A stretch of 64,000 bases of DNA from Thermoplasmata archaeon (GTDB taxonomy: Archaea; Thermoplasmatota; SW-10-69-26; JACQPN01; JAJPHT01). Each line of letters begins with the position of its first letter. The stretch's first letter is position 1. Below, piece by piece: positions 38,387-47,088 of the stretch. Below the pieces are notes generated by a model. The model was not told the DNA's origin, ran no database searches, and saw only the letters and a list, made by a program, of their open reading frames with translations. The stretch lies in NCBI GenBank assembly GCA_034667685.1, contig JAXDQU010000021.1, forward strand, positions 46,654 through 110,653, in the 5' to 3' direction. Position numbers and translations under genes: made by a program.

Positions 38387-39808
38387 CTATTCTCCCTTCT
38401 TCTTCGCCGCCTTCTTCGCCGCGCGGGCCGCCTGCTTCGCGGCCTTCGCGTCGAGCTTCGCCTGCTTCTTGGCGGCCTTGGCCTCCTTCTTCGCGAGCTT
38501 GGCCTGCTGCTTCCCGAGCCTGCTGCGCGCGCGCTTGAGCTCCTTCTCCTTGGCCTTGCGCTCCTTCGCCTCGCGCGCCTCGAGGATCCTGGCCTCCTTG
38601 CGCTCGCGCGCGGCCTGCGTGCGCAGCGCCTTGCGCTCGGCCGCCTGGCGCTTGCGCGCGGCGCGGAACTCGGCGGCGGCGAGCTTCGACTCCTCGCGGT
38701 CGCGCGCGCGGCGCTCCTTGCTGATGGACTTGTACTCGCCCCGGCGCTGCGCGTAGAGCGCGTCGAGCTGCGCCTTGCGCTGCGCGTACGCCTCGGGGTC
38801 GGTGCGCTTCAGCTCCGCGAGCAGGACGGCCTGGCGCGGCGTGGGCTGCACGCGCTCGGGCGCGCCGCGCTCCATGCGCCTCGCCGCGGCGGTCTCGCGC
38901 GCCCGACGCGCGACGATGGTGGCGCTGACGACGCCCAGGAGCGCCATCGGGATCCACGAGACGGGGAGGTAGAAGCCCGTGACGCGGAGGATGCCCACGG
39001 CGGTGTACGTCGCGGGGCTGAAGGTGCTCGTGACGGTGGCCGTGAACGCGGCGCTGTGGCCCAGCTCGTAGAGCGTGCCCTTCGGCGTGAGGACGGTGAA
39101 GGTGAGCTGCTTGGTCTGGTGGGGCGGGACGTAGACGCCCGCGGGCTGCGCGATCTCGAACGTGGGGTCGTTGGACACGACGCGCACGTGGAAGTAGTCG
39201 GGGTAGACGCCGTCGTTGCGCACGTCCAGCGTGTACGTCACCTCCTGGTTCTGCGAGGCCTTCTGCGAGAGGCTGCGCTGGTCCATCTCGACGAAGCCCT
39301 GCGCGTAGGGGTTGACCTGCGCGACGAGGTGGACGGTCTGGTTCTGAGTCTGCCCGTTCTCGGCCGTGTAGTTCGCCAGGAGGTCGAAGCGGAACACGGC
39401 GGTCTGGATGAGCGGGAGCACGGTGATGTGCACGCCGAAGTTGGCGGAGCCCGTGCCGGCGAGCTGCACGAAGGGCACGGTGGGGTAGGCCTGCCAGCCC
39501 AGCGTCTCGTTGGGAAGGCCCACCGGCGCGACGCGCAGCGACACGACGTGCGGGGGCCCCACGGGCGACGAGCCCGACGTGCCCACGGCGTCGTAGGTGA
39601 GGTCGACGACGGTGCAGAGCGCGTCGCCCGCGCCAGGCGGCGCCGTGACGATGGCGTAGCTCTGCGAGCAGGAGACGGCGAACTTGAACACCGACGACTG
39701 CGGGTCCACGGGCAAGGGGCTCTGCGCGCTCGCCAGGGGCGAGACGAGCAGGAGAAGAAGGAGCACGGCCCCGGCGGCCATGCGAAGCGCCGGGGCGCGC
39801 GGAGACAT
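38387..39808 (-). CDS. secreted Ig-like protein with TM helix and long K/A/R/E-rich cytoplasmic tail
   Basis: Signal peptide, beta-rich ectodomain, TM helix after GFYLP, tail ending AAKKAAKKKGE. Confidence 0.8.
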   Translation of the reverse strand: MSPRAPALRMAAGAVLLLLLLVSPLASAQSPLPVDPQSSVFKFAVSCSQSYAIVTAPPGAGDALCTVVDLTYDAVGTSGSSPVGPPHVVSLRVAPVGLPNETLGWQAYPTVPFVQLAGTGSANFGVHITVLPLIQTAVFRFDLLANYTAENGQTQNQTVHLVAQVNPYAQGFVEMDQRSLSQKASQNQEVTYTLDVRNDGVYPDYFHVRVVSNDPTFEIAQPAGVYVPPHQTKQLTFTVLTPKGTLYELGHSAAFTATVTSTFSPATYTAVGILRVTGFYLPVSWIPMALLGVVSATIVARRARETAAARRMERGAPERVQPTPRQAVLLAELKRTDPEAYAQRKAQLDALYAQRRGEYKSISKERRARDREESKLAAAEFRAARKRQAAERKALRTQAARERKEARILEAREAKERKAKEKELKRARSRLGKQQAKLAKKEAKAAKKQAKLDAKAAKQAARAAKKAAKKKGE

Positions 39809-39823
39809 CGCGGGTCCCTCGGC

Positions 39824-40756
39824 TCACGCCTTGCGGCGGCGGATGCCGATGACCAGGGCGACGCCCGCGAGCGCGGCGAAGAGCACGCCGGGCTCGAAGC
39901 CGGGCACGTAGAAGCCGCGCGTCGTGAGGACGACCGAGATGACGGACGAGTCGCCCGTCAGCTTGGGGTCCAGCGCGTACGCCGAGGTGACCTTGTACGT
40001 GACCGTGCCGACCTGGTTGAGGTAGCCGTTGTGGTAGGGCGTCTGCACCGTCAGCTGGATGTCCTGGCTGATCTGCGAGCCGCCGGCCTGCTTGGACTGC
40101 AGGATCGAGGGCTGGGGCGCGGGCGCCGTGAGGTCGCCGGTGACCGTGTCGGGCGTGATGGTGACCTTCGTGTTCGCGTTGCCCAGGTTCGTGATCTTCA
40201 CGGGGAAGACGACGGGGGTCTGGGGGCGGTCCACCTTGACGGCCTCCTGGAGGTTCACGTCGATGATGCTGAAGTAGTCCGCGCCGATCTGGAACGCGGT
40301 GCCGCCGGTGACGGCGCCGCCGGACTGGCCGGTCGTGGTGCCGGAGACGGCGACCTGGTCGTTGCTGAACGCGGGCGCCTGGTCGGTCGTCGAGATGCAG
40401 ATCTGGAGCGGCGTCGTGCCCGAGAAGGTCGGGCTGGCGGCGCCGGCGCCGGCCTGGATCGGGAAGATGGCCGTCGTCGGGGAGAGGACGACGGTGGCCC
40501 ACGCGGGCTGCTTGGTGACCGAGAACGTGACGGGCACGCCGATGAGGCCCGAGTAGGAGTCCGCCGAGGCCGTGATGGTGACCGTGGAGGTCTGGCACAC
40601 CGCGGGGCGGAGGGGCTTGATCGGGTCCGCGAACGAGACGGGCGAGAACGTGAGCTGGCCCGTCTTCTGCGCGCTGGCGTCGGGGACGAAGACGGCGAGC
40701 GCGCCGAGCACGAGGCTCGCGACGAGCAGGATGTTCAGGATGGTCTTGATGCGCAT
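39824..40756 (-). CDS. secreted T-rich surface protein with PGF-CTERM sorting signal
   Basis: Signal peptide; ends VPGFEPG, TM helix, RRRKA; GGAGAGG ribosome-binding site upstream. Confidence 0.85.
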   Translation of the reverse strand: MRIKTILNILLVASLVLGALAVFVPDASAQKTGQLTFSPVSFADPIKPLRPAVCQTSTVTITASADSYSGLIGVPVTFSVTKQPAWATVVLSPTTAIFPIQAGAGAASPTFSGTTPLQICISTTDQAPAFSNDQVAVSGTTTGQSGGAVTGGTAFQIGADYFSIIDVNLQEAVKVDRPQTPVVFPVKITNLGNANTKVTITPDTVTGDLTAPAPQPSILQSKQAGGSQISQDIQLTVQTPYHNGYLNQVGTVTYKVTSAYALDPKLTGDSSVISVVLTTRGFYVPGFEPGVLFAALAGVALVIGIRRRKA

Positions 40757-40917
40757 GGCTGTAACCTCTCCAACGAGGCGGACGACCCACCTTTCGGGGG
40801 CGTATTTAGAGCCTCGGTTTTGGAATCCCGCAACGGGGACGCGACGACACTCCCAAGGTGGTCTTATAGACTTATTGGATGCAGCGTTTTTCAGAGGGCC
40901 ACCGGGAAAGAGTGGTG

Positions 40918-42396
40918 CTAGGGATGCCGCGGCGCCGGCGGGAGCACGCTGGCGAGCACCGCCGGGATCGCCTCCACCACGTCGGTCGCCACCAGGCCCC
41001 ACGACCTCTGCGCCGCCGCCCGCTCCCCGGCCTCGCCCGTGAGGCGCGCCCCGACGCGCGCGGCGTCGAAGGGCGCCATGCCCTTGGCGAGGAGCGCGGC
41101 CACCACGCCCGAGAGCGCGTCGCCCGTGCCGCCCACGCTCATGGCGGGGTGGCCCGTGGCGTTGAGCTTCACGCGCTCGCCCTCCGCGATCGCGTCGATG
41201 GGCCCCTTGAGGAGCCACGTGCCGCCCAGCTCCCGCGCCGCCCCGAGCGCCGCCTTCTCGCGCCCGTCCGGATCGGTGGGCGCGTCGCGGCCGGTGAGCG
41301 TGCGGAACTCGCGCGCGTGGGGCGTGAGCACGGTGCGCGGCCCGACGAGATCCTTGCGCTCCGCGAGGGCGGTGAGCGCGTCCGCGTCGACCACCACCGG
41401 GAGCCCCTCGCGCGCCGCGCGTTCGAGCGCATGGTGGACGGCCTTCTGCGCCTGGCCGAAGAGCCCCGCGCCGGGCCCCACGACGACGCTGTCGGCCTTC
41501 TTGAGCCACGTGTTGAGCGTGACGCGGTTGGCGGGGTCGTCGAAGTTGAGGTCGTCGCCGTTGAGCGGCCGCACGACCACGTTGGGCGAGTAGGACGCCA
41601 CGACCTGCCAGGCGCGCTGCGGCGTGAGCACGATCGCGAGGTCCGCGCCCGCCCGCAGCGCCGCCATCGCGCACACCGCCGGCGCGCCCGTGTAGGGGCC
41701 CCCGCCAATGACGAGCACGATGCCGCCCTCGCCCTTGTGCTGCTCCCACCGTCCCTGCGGATAGAGCAGGTACTCGCCCGGCCCCGTGTAGCGCGCCGCG
41801 TCGCGCGGGATGCCGATGTCCACGACGCGGACGCGCCCGCACGTCGCCTCGCTCATCCCGTCCTTGATATCATGGAACGTGACCGTCTCGCGCGGGACGT
41901 AGGTCGTCGCGCCGCCGAAGCCCGTGGGCACGTCCACCGCGACGACGCGCGCCTTCGTCCGTGATAGCACCTCGACGATGCCGCGGTACGGCTCGCGCAG
42001 CTCGCCCGAGAGGCCCGCGCCCAGGAGCGCGTCGAGCACGACCGGCCCGCGCGCGAGCGCACGCTCGACGTCGGCGGCCGTCGCGTTGAACTTCACCGGG
42101 ACCTGCGGCGGAAGCTGGCCGAACGCGCCGCGCGCCAGCGCCGTCCGCCACCCGCCGGGCGAGACGGGCGTGACGACCTCGACCGCGATGCGCTGCGCCG
42201 CGAGGTGCCGCGCCGCCACGAGCCCGTCGCCCCCGTTGTTGCCCGGCCCCGCGAGGACGAGCACGCCGGCCTGTTGCGCGAGCGGCGCGCAGTGCTCGGC
42301 CAACGCGCGCCCCGCGTTCTCCATGAGCTGCGCGGTGGGCACGCCCAGCGCCTCGGCGTTCAGGTCCAGGACGCGGACCTCCGGGAGCGGGATCAC
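40918..42396 (-). CDS. nnr: bifunctional NAD(P)H-hydrate epimerase/dehydratase
   Basis: LMENAG, GPGNNGGDG, DALLGAG, HKG, DADAL, TPH.REF, GGTGD.LSG. Confidence 0.95.
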   Translation of the reverse strand: MIPLPEVRVLDLNAEALGVPTAQLMENAGRALAEHCAPLAQQAGVLVLAGPGNNGGDGLVAARHLAAQRIAVEVVTPVSPGGWRTALARGAFGQLPPQVPVKFNATAADVERALARGPVVLDALLGAGLSGELREPYRGIVEVLSRTKARVVAVDVPTGFGGATTYVPRETVTFHDIKDGMSEATCGRVRVVDIGIPRDAARYTGPGEYLLYPQGRWEQHKGEGGIVLVIGGGPYTGAPAVCAMAALRAGADLAIVLTPQRAWQVVASYSPNVVVRPLNGDDLNFDDPANRVTLNTWLKKADSVVVGPGAGLFGQAQKAVHHALERAAREGLPVVVDADALTALAERKDLVGPRTVLTPHAREFRTLTGRDAPTDPDGREKAALGAARELGGTWLLKGPIDAIAEGERVKLNATGHPAMSVGGTGDALSGVVAALLAKGMAPFDAARVGARLTGEAGERAAAQRSWGLVATDVVEAIPAVLASVLPPAPRHP

Positions 42397-42439
42397 GCGC
42401 CACGACCGGCCAACCGCGGTATGGACGTTGCGCGAGGAA

Positions 42440-42566
42440 ACCCGAGTCCGATTCCGATTCCTCTTCCCCGAGTCCGATTCCGATTCCTCTTCCGATTCCG
42501 AACGGGACTCGGAAGAGGAATCGGAATCGGAATCGGAAGAGGCGACGATCGGCATCGGACTCGGTT
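42440..42566. repeat. palindromic element, family G (CCGATT units)
   Basis: CCGAGTCCGATTCCGATTCCTCTT twice, then inverted AAGAGGAATCGGAATCGGAATCGG. Confidence 0.8.
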
Positions 42567-42604
42567 CCGGAAGCCTCAAGCCCGGACCCCCTTCTCGTCG
42601 AGCA

Positions 42605-42991
42605 ATGTTCCCCGGCATGGGCGGTCGCGGCGTCGACCCGAAGCGTCTCCAGGCGATGATGCGCCAGATGGGCATCAAGATGGAGGACATCGAGGACGTC
42701 GAGGAGGTCGTCATCCGGACGAAGGACAAGGAGTACGTCTTCGCCGACGCCGAGGTCAGCAAGATGACCGCGCAGGGGCAGGTCACGTGGCAGCTGGCCG
42801 GCGAGCCGACCATCCGCCCTCGCGCCCCCGCCGAGCCGGTGAAGATCGGCTACAGCGACGAGGACGTCAAGCTCGTCATGGAGCAGGCGAAGGTCAGCGA
42901 GAAGCAGGCGCGCGACGCGCTCGACGCGGCCAACGGCCAGCCTGCGGAAGCGATCATGAAGCTGATCGAGGAAGACGCGGACGCGGCCTAG
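42605..42991 (+). CDS. nac: nascent polypeptide-associated complex protein
   Basis: MMRQMGI..VEEVVI..EDVKLVMEQA.VS...A..AL....G..AEAI. Confidence 0.95.
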   Translation: MFPGMGGRGVDPKRLQAMMRQMGIKMEDIEDVEEVVIRTKDKEYVFADAEVSKMTAQGQVTWQLAGEPTIRPRAPAEPVKIGYSDEDVKLVMEQAKVSEKQARDALDAANGQPAEAIMKLIEEDADAA

Positions 42992-43179
42992 AGCTTCAGC
43001 ATCGTGCGCAGCAGGTCCGAGAGGCGGGCCGGGCGCACTTCCTTCTTCATGTCCTTCGCCAGCGCCTCGTAGTAGAGCACCTGGCGCTCGACCTTCGCAA
43101 GCTCGGCGCGCAGCTCGTCCTGGCGGCGACGCCACCGGTCGAGCTCGTCCAAGGTCTTGAGGATCGCTTGGTCGCGCAT
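42988..43179 (-). CDS. small coiled-coil protein
   Basis: 63-aa heptad pattern with normal codon usage. Confidence 0.6.
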   Translation of the reverse strand: MRDQAILKTLDELDRWRRRQDELRAELAKVERQVLYYEALAKDMKKEVRPARLSDLLRTMLKL

Positions 43180-43269
43180 CGTCCGAGCCAGACCGGCCGT
43201 CGTCCATATAGTTTGTGAACGTCCGGTCGGGCACGCTGCGGCGCAGCCGTTCCACTGCGCGTTGGCATG

Positions 43270-43343
43270 TGGGCCCCACCCGATTTGAACGGGTGACCAA
43301 CGGGTTATGAGCCCGGCGCTCTACCAGACTAAGCTAGGGGCCC
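43270..43343 (-). tRNA. tRNA-Ile2 (anticodon CAT)
   Basis: GGGCCCCTAGCTTAGTCTGGTAGAGCGCCGGGCTCATAACCCGTTGGTCACCCGTTCAAATCGGGTGGGGCCCA folds as a cloverleaf; the GGGCCC acceptor is typical of archaeal Ile rather than Met. Confidence 0.85.
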
Positions 43344-43365
43344 GCACGCCGCCGAACTCGGTCAT

Positions 43366-43455
43366 GGGTTATGAGCCCGGCGCTCCCGAGCGAGCGCAGC
43401 GAGCGAGGCGCGGCCGACCGCAGTCGGCCAGCGTACCAGACTAAGCTAGGGGCCC
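43366..43455 (-). pseudogene. interrupted copy of the 5' half of tRNA-Ile2
   Basis: Identical 42 nt of the 5' half, split by a 48-nt insert (43386-43433). Confidence 0.85.
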
Positions 43456-43519
43456 GCGCTTGCGCCAACCCACGCGGCTCGAATGAGACTTTGCCGGGCG
43501 GCGTCGGAGGGGAAGATTC

Positions 43520-44137
43520 ATGCCCGCCCCGCGCGACTCCCCCGACAATCGCAAGGTGGTGTCCCTGGAAGCGCAGCGCGCCTTGGCCGATGGCCAGCTG
43601 TTCGTGAAGAACGCGGAGGAAGAGATGGACCGGAAGATCCTCCGCGAGGACCAGCTGTACTTCATCGACAACCAGGTGGAGGCCATCGACACGTTCCTCG
43701 CCGACACCGAAGACCTCAACGGGAACCACGACGTGAAGTCGCTGCGCGACAACCTGCGCACGATGAAGCAGAAGCTCGAGAAGAAGAGCATGGAGTTCCT
43801 CGCGCAGCAGGAGGGCGGCGACCTTCCCGAGGACCTGCCGCCCGCCGAGATGGCCGAGGCGATGGTCGCCTACGGCAAGGACTTCATCGAGATGGCCGAC
43901 GAGGCCCTGAAGACCAAGGTCAAGGCCGTCGACCAGGTCGCCGCGTGGGAGGACCCGCTCGCCACGCTCAACAGCTTCCTCGCCGACAGCGAGACGCTCG
44001 TGACGCACCACAAGCCCCTCGCCAAGGTCCGCGAGGACGTCCGCGCCCGCAAGATGGAGCTCCAGAAGCGCATCGCCGACGTCGTGCAGGCCTGGCGCCA
44101 GAGCGACCTGGCCGGCGGCGCCGACGAGGACGACTGA
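43520..44137 (+). CDS. hypothetical helical protein
   Basis: 205 aa, strong codon bias, abuts mtnP. Confidence 0.75.
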   Translation: MPAPRDSPDNRKVVSLEAQRALADGQLFVKNAEEEMDRKILREDQLYFIDNQVEAIDTFLADTEDLNGNHDVKSLRDNLRTMKQKLEKKSMEFLAQQEGGDLPEDLPPAEMAEAMVAYGKDFIEMADEALKTKVKAVDQVAAWEDPLATLNSFLADSETLVTHHKPLAKVREDVRARKMELQKRIADVVQAWRQSDLAGGADEDD

Positions 44138-44869
44138 GTGGCCCGCGTCGCCATCCTCGGCGGCACCGGCGCCGCCTTCGGCGACCTCGAGCGCATCCTC
44201 GTCGAGACGCCCTTCGGCGACGTCGAGGTCCTGCGCGACCGTGATATCATCCTTCTCCCGCGCCACGGCACGCAGCGCCTGCCCGCGCACCGCGTCAACC
44301 ACAAGGCCAATGTCGAGGCGCTGGCCCGGTGCAAGGTGGACGCCGTCCTCGCGCTCAACAGCGTGGGCGCGCTCCACGACGCGATCCCCACCGGCGCGCT
44401 CCTCGTCCCGCACGACCAGCTCGACATGCGCTCGCGCCAGAGCTTCTTCGACGACATGCCGGTCCACGTCGCCTTCGATGAGCCCTACTGCGCCGACCTG
44501 CGCGCCCTTCTGACCGCAGCCGCGCCAAGCGCCATCCCGCGCGGCGTCTACGCCGCCACCGAAGGCCCGCGCCTGGAGACGCCCGCCGAGGTGCGCGCGC
44601 TGCGGACGCTGGGCGGCGACGTGGTGGGCATGACCGGCGCGCCCGAAGCCGCCCTCGCCCGCGAGCGCGGCCTCTGCTACGCGAGCCTCTGCCTCGTCAC
44701 CAACCCCGCCGCGGGCGTCGGCGGCGCGCGCGTGAGCGCCACGCAGATCCGCGACGCGGCCGCCAAGCTCCACCACGAAGCCCTGCGCGCCGCGCGCGAA
44801 GCCGCCGGGCGGGTGCGCGCGCCGCGGACGTGCGCGTGCGCGCGGGCGGCGCGCGACGGGAGCATCTGA
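44138..44869 (+). CDS. mtnP: MTAP-family purine nucleoside phosphorylase
   Basis: ILGGTG, TPFG, RHG, EGPRLETPAE, DVVGMT..PEA.LARE. Confidence 0.9.
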   Translation: MARVAILGGTGAAFGDLERILVETPFGDVEVLRDRDIILLPRHGTQRLPAHRVNHKANVEALARCKVDAVLALNSVGALHDAIPTGALLVPHDQLDMRSRQSFFDDMPVHVAFDEPYCADLRALLTAAAPSAIPRGVYAATEGPRLETPAEVRALRTLGGDVVGMTGAPEAALARERGLCYASLCLVTNPAAGVGGARVSATQIRDAAAKLHHEALRAAREAAGRVRAPRTCACARAARDGSI

Positions 44870-44909
44870 GCGCGCACCTGACCTTGGGATCAGGTGCGCG
44901 CTCAGATGC
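44862..44909. repeat. hairpin element, family I
   Basis: 20-bp arms GCATCTGAGCGCGCACCTGA; contains the mtnP stop; a second copy starts at 63961. Confidence 0.85.
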
Positions 44910-44912
44910 CCC

Positions 44913-45191
44913 TCAACGCAGCGTCGCCACGAGAAGCGCCACGCTCGCCGCCGTCTGCAGGCCTTCGCGCACGAGCGCCAGCCACGCGTTGCCGCCGAGC
45001 ATCATCATGGTCCAGGCGTCGTAGAGGACCATCGCGTTGTTCACGAGAAGGAACGCCGCGAAGAGCAGGAGGCCCAGCGTGAAGGGGGAGCGGAGCTGGC
45101 GGTGGTTGCGCCAGTAGACGGCGCCCAGGGCGAGCGCCAGGAGGCAGTTCGCGCCCGCGAGCGCGAGGTCGATCGCCTCGATGGCGCTCAC
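44913..45191 (-). CDS. small 3-TM membrane protein
   Basis: VYWRNHRQLRSPFTLGLLLFA; coupled to the HTH gene. Confidence 0.75.
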   Translation of the reverse strand: MSAIEAIDLALAGANCLLALALGAVYWRNHRQLRSPFTLGLLLFAAFLLVNNAMVLYDAWTMMMLGGNAWLALVREGLQTAASVALLVATLR

Positions 45192-45496
45192 GGCGTCCGG
45201 CCCTCCTCGTCCTTCAGGATGCGCGCGGCGATGAGGTCAAAGTCGGGCAAGCTCTCCTCCATGTCGGGCGTCAGGATGTAGACGGCGCCGTACTTCGCGC
45301 CGGCGGGCGACACGATGCGGTTCTCGGTGAGCACGCGCAGGTGGTGCTCGGCGGTCTTGTAGTCGATCTTCAGCATCGCGCTGACCTGGTTCGTGTTGTA
45401 CGGCCGGTCGCGCAGCAGCGCGAGGATGCGGATGCGCATCGGCCCGCCGCGGGTGCCCCCGAGGAGGTGCCAGAGCACGCGCTTGAGGTTCGCCAT
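45188..45496 (-). CDS. winged-HTH (ArsR-like) regulator
   Basis: LWHLLGGTRGG..RI..RPYN.NQ..DYKT..HHL.VL. Confidence 0.88.
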   Translation of the reverse strand: MANLKRVLWHLLGGTRGGPMRIRILALLRDRPYNTNQVSAMLKIDYKTAEHHLRVLTENRIVSPAGAKYGAVYILTPDMEESLPDFDLIAARILKDEEGRTP

Positions 45497-45613
45497 GCCG
45501 GCCGGGCGCGAAGCTCATGGTGGGAGCCTTGTAGATGTCGAAGCCTCTCGCTGCCCCAGATTCGACCCCGAAATCGTCATATAGCGCCCCCTGGATGGGC
45601 CCATCCCAGCCCC

Positions 45614-45687
45614 GGGCTCATGGTCTAGCTGGTTATGACGGCGCTTTCACACAGCGCAGATCTCCGGTTCGAATCCGGATGAGCCCA
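45614..45687 (+). tRNA. tRNA-Val (anticodon CAC)
   Basis: GGGCTCA..GCGCT TTCACAC AGCGC..TCCGG TTCGAAT CCGGA TGAGCCC A. Confidence 0.93.
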
Positions 45688-45746
45688 TGATTGCGCCAGC
45701 GAAGCTGGCGCGAGCATGGGCAGGAGCCGCGCAGCGGCGCCGGTCA

Positions 45747-45821
45747 TCCGGATGAAGCCGAAAGGGCGCGCAGCGCCCGGTCGCGCCGCAGCGCGATTCG
45801 GCTGAAATCCGGATGAGCCCA
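45747..45821 (+). repeat. copy of the tRNA-Val T-arm and 3' end with expanded loop
   Basis: AATCCGGATGAGCCCA at 45806-45821 is identical to 45672-45687; hairpins sit in place of the T-loop. Confidence 0.8.
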
Positions 45822-45899
45822 CGTCGAATCGATCAGAATGAGTGGATCATTCTTTTCACGACCGATGCCTTCTTGCTGTCTCTTGTTACTCGTCGCACG

Positions 45900-46265
45900 A
45901 TGAGCCCCGCTGGCCGTGGCCGTTGCGTGATCGCCCTCGCCTTCGTCGGCCTGCTTCTGCCCGCGTTTCCCACCCACGCGGCGGCCTCGCAGCCCGCCAT
46001 CGATCCCACCACGCTCTCGTTCGTTCCCTCGCCCGTCGTCCAGTCGACCTTCGCGCCGCGCGGCGTGGCGTCCTGCTCCGGCGCCGGAAGCATCGGCACG
46101 GGGTCCCATCCCGCGGCCGAGACCGTTTCCGTGATGGTGCGGACCCACGGGTGCCACGTCGCCAGCGCCACCGTCACCTGGACCATCTCAGGCAAGACGT
46201 ATGCCGCGAGCGTTGACCCGATCACGGGCAGGTTGGGCCTGATCCACCGGGTCGGGAGCGCCTGA
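45900..46265 (+). CDS. hypothetical secreted protein
   Basis: Signal-peptide-like N-terminus; somewhat atypical codon usage. Confidence 0.45.
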   Translation: MSPAGRGRCVIALAFVGLLLPAFPTHAAASQPAIDPTTLSFVPSPVVQSTFAPRGVASCSGAGSIGTGSHPAAETVSVMVRTHGCHVASATVTWTISGKTYAASVDPITGRLGLIHRVGSA

Positions 46266-46337
46266 AGGCAAGCGCCCATTCCATCCTGCGTTCCAGAAAG
46301 ACGACGAGCGGATGCTCTCGTACGCTCCTCGCGTCGC

Positions 46338-46532
46338 ATGCATCCCGCCTTGGTCCAGGGTCGCGCGTGGGTCGGCGCCGAGCTGGCGGTGGCCGTCGCG
46401 TGGGCGGCGCACCTGCGCGCGGAGGGGCCGCAGCAGCGCTTCTCGACGGCCGCGCGGTTGCACGCGCTGGAGGCGGAGCGGCGCCGGCTGCGCGAGGAGC
46501 TGAGCCTGCGCCGCAAGCGGCCGCGGTCCTGA
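46338..46532 (+). CDS. small hypothetical protein
   Basis: 64-aa ORF, weak support. Confidence 0.3.
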   Translation: MHPALVQGRAWVGAELAVAVAWAAHLRAEGPQQRFSTAARLHALEAERRRLREELSLRRKRPRS

Positions 46533-46549
46533 TGTCGGGGCGCGGCCGC

Positions 46550-47023
46550 CTAGGCCGGCGGTCCTTGTCGGGCGCGGCGCAGCTCCTCGTTGAGCGCGTT
46601 GAGCCCGCGCGCGAAGGCCGCGGCGCGGTTCGCGTCGGCGCGCCGTTCGTCGAGGGCGCCGCGCAGCGCTTCGACGAAGGCGGCGGTGGAGATCGGCTTC
46701 GTGAGGAAGCGGTCGACGCGCGCGTCGTTGATGCCGCGGATGGCGGCGTCCTGCTCGGGGTAGGCGGTGAGGAGGATGCGCACGGTGGTGGGCCGCTTGG
46801 CGCGGACGTGCTCGAGGAACGCGATGCCGTCCTCGCCGGGCATGCGGTAGTCGGAGACGGTCAGGTCGTACTCGTGGCGGCCGACGAGGGCCATGGCTTC
46901 GGCGGCGTCGCGCGCCATGTCGACGCTGACCTCGGGCATCGCGCGGCGGATCACGGCGCCCAGGGCGGCAAGGATCTGCGGCTCGTCGTCGACCAGCAGG
47001 ATGCGAGGGTGGGTGGCGCTCAT
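46550..47023 (-). CDS. response regulator receiver protein
   Basis: ILLVDDE, SDYRMPGEDG, LLTAY, FLTKP. Confidence 0.92.
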   Translation of the reverse strand: MSATHPRILLVDDEPQILAALGAVIRRAMPEVSVDMARDAAEAMALVGRHEYDLTVSDYRMPGEDGIAFLEHVRAKRPTTVRILLTAYPEQDAAIRGINDARVDRFLTKPISTAAFVEALRGALDERRADANRAAAFARGLNALNEELRRARQGPPA

Positions 47024-47088
47024 GCTGCTCGGTCTTGGACGTTGGAGCACTTGGCGGAGCGTCCTCCGGCCGCGGACGGACAGCCCGG

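Noticed and set aside
42397-42813. SDSDSESE acidic extension of Nnr
   Set aside because: It is a translation of the family G repeat upstream of the likely GTG start
43270-43343. tRNA-Met assignment
   Set aside because: The GGGCCC acceptor stem matches archaeal Ile2, not the initiator (AGC start) or elongator Met (GCC start)
43366-43455. Functional intron-containing or split tRNA
   Set aside because: No clear bulge-helix-bulge motif and no separate 3' half; an intact gene is adjacent
45614-47023. Integrated provirus or genomic island at tRNA-Val
   Set aside because: The direct repeat is only 134 nt away and there are no integrase or viral genes
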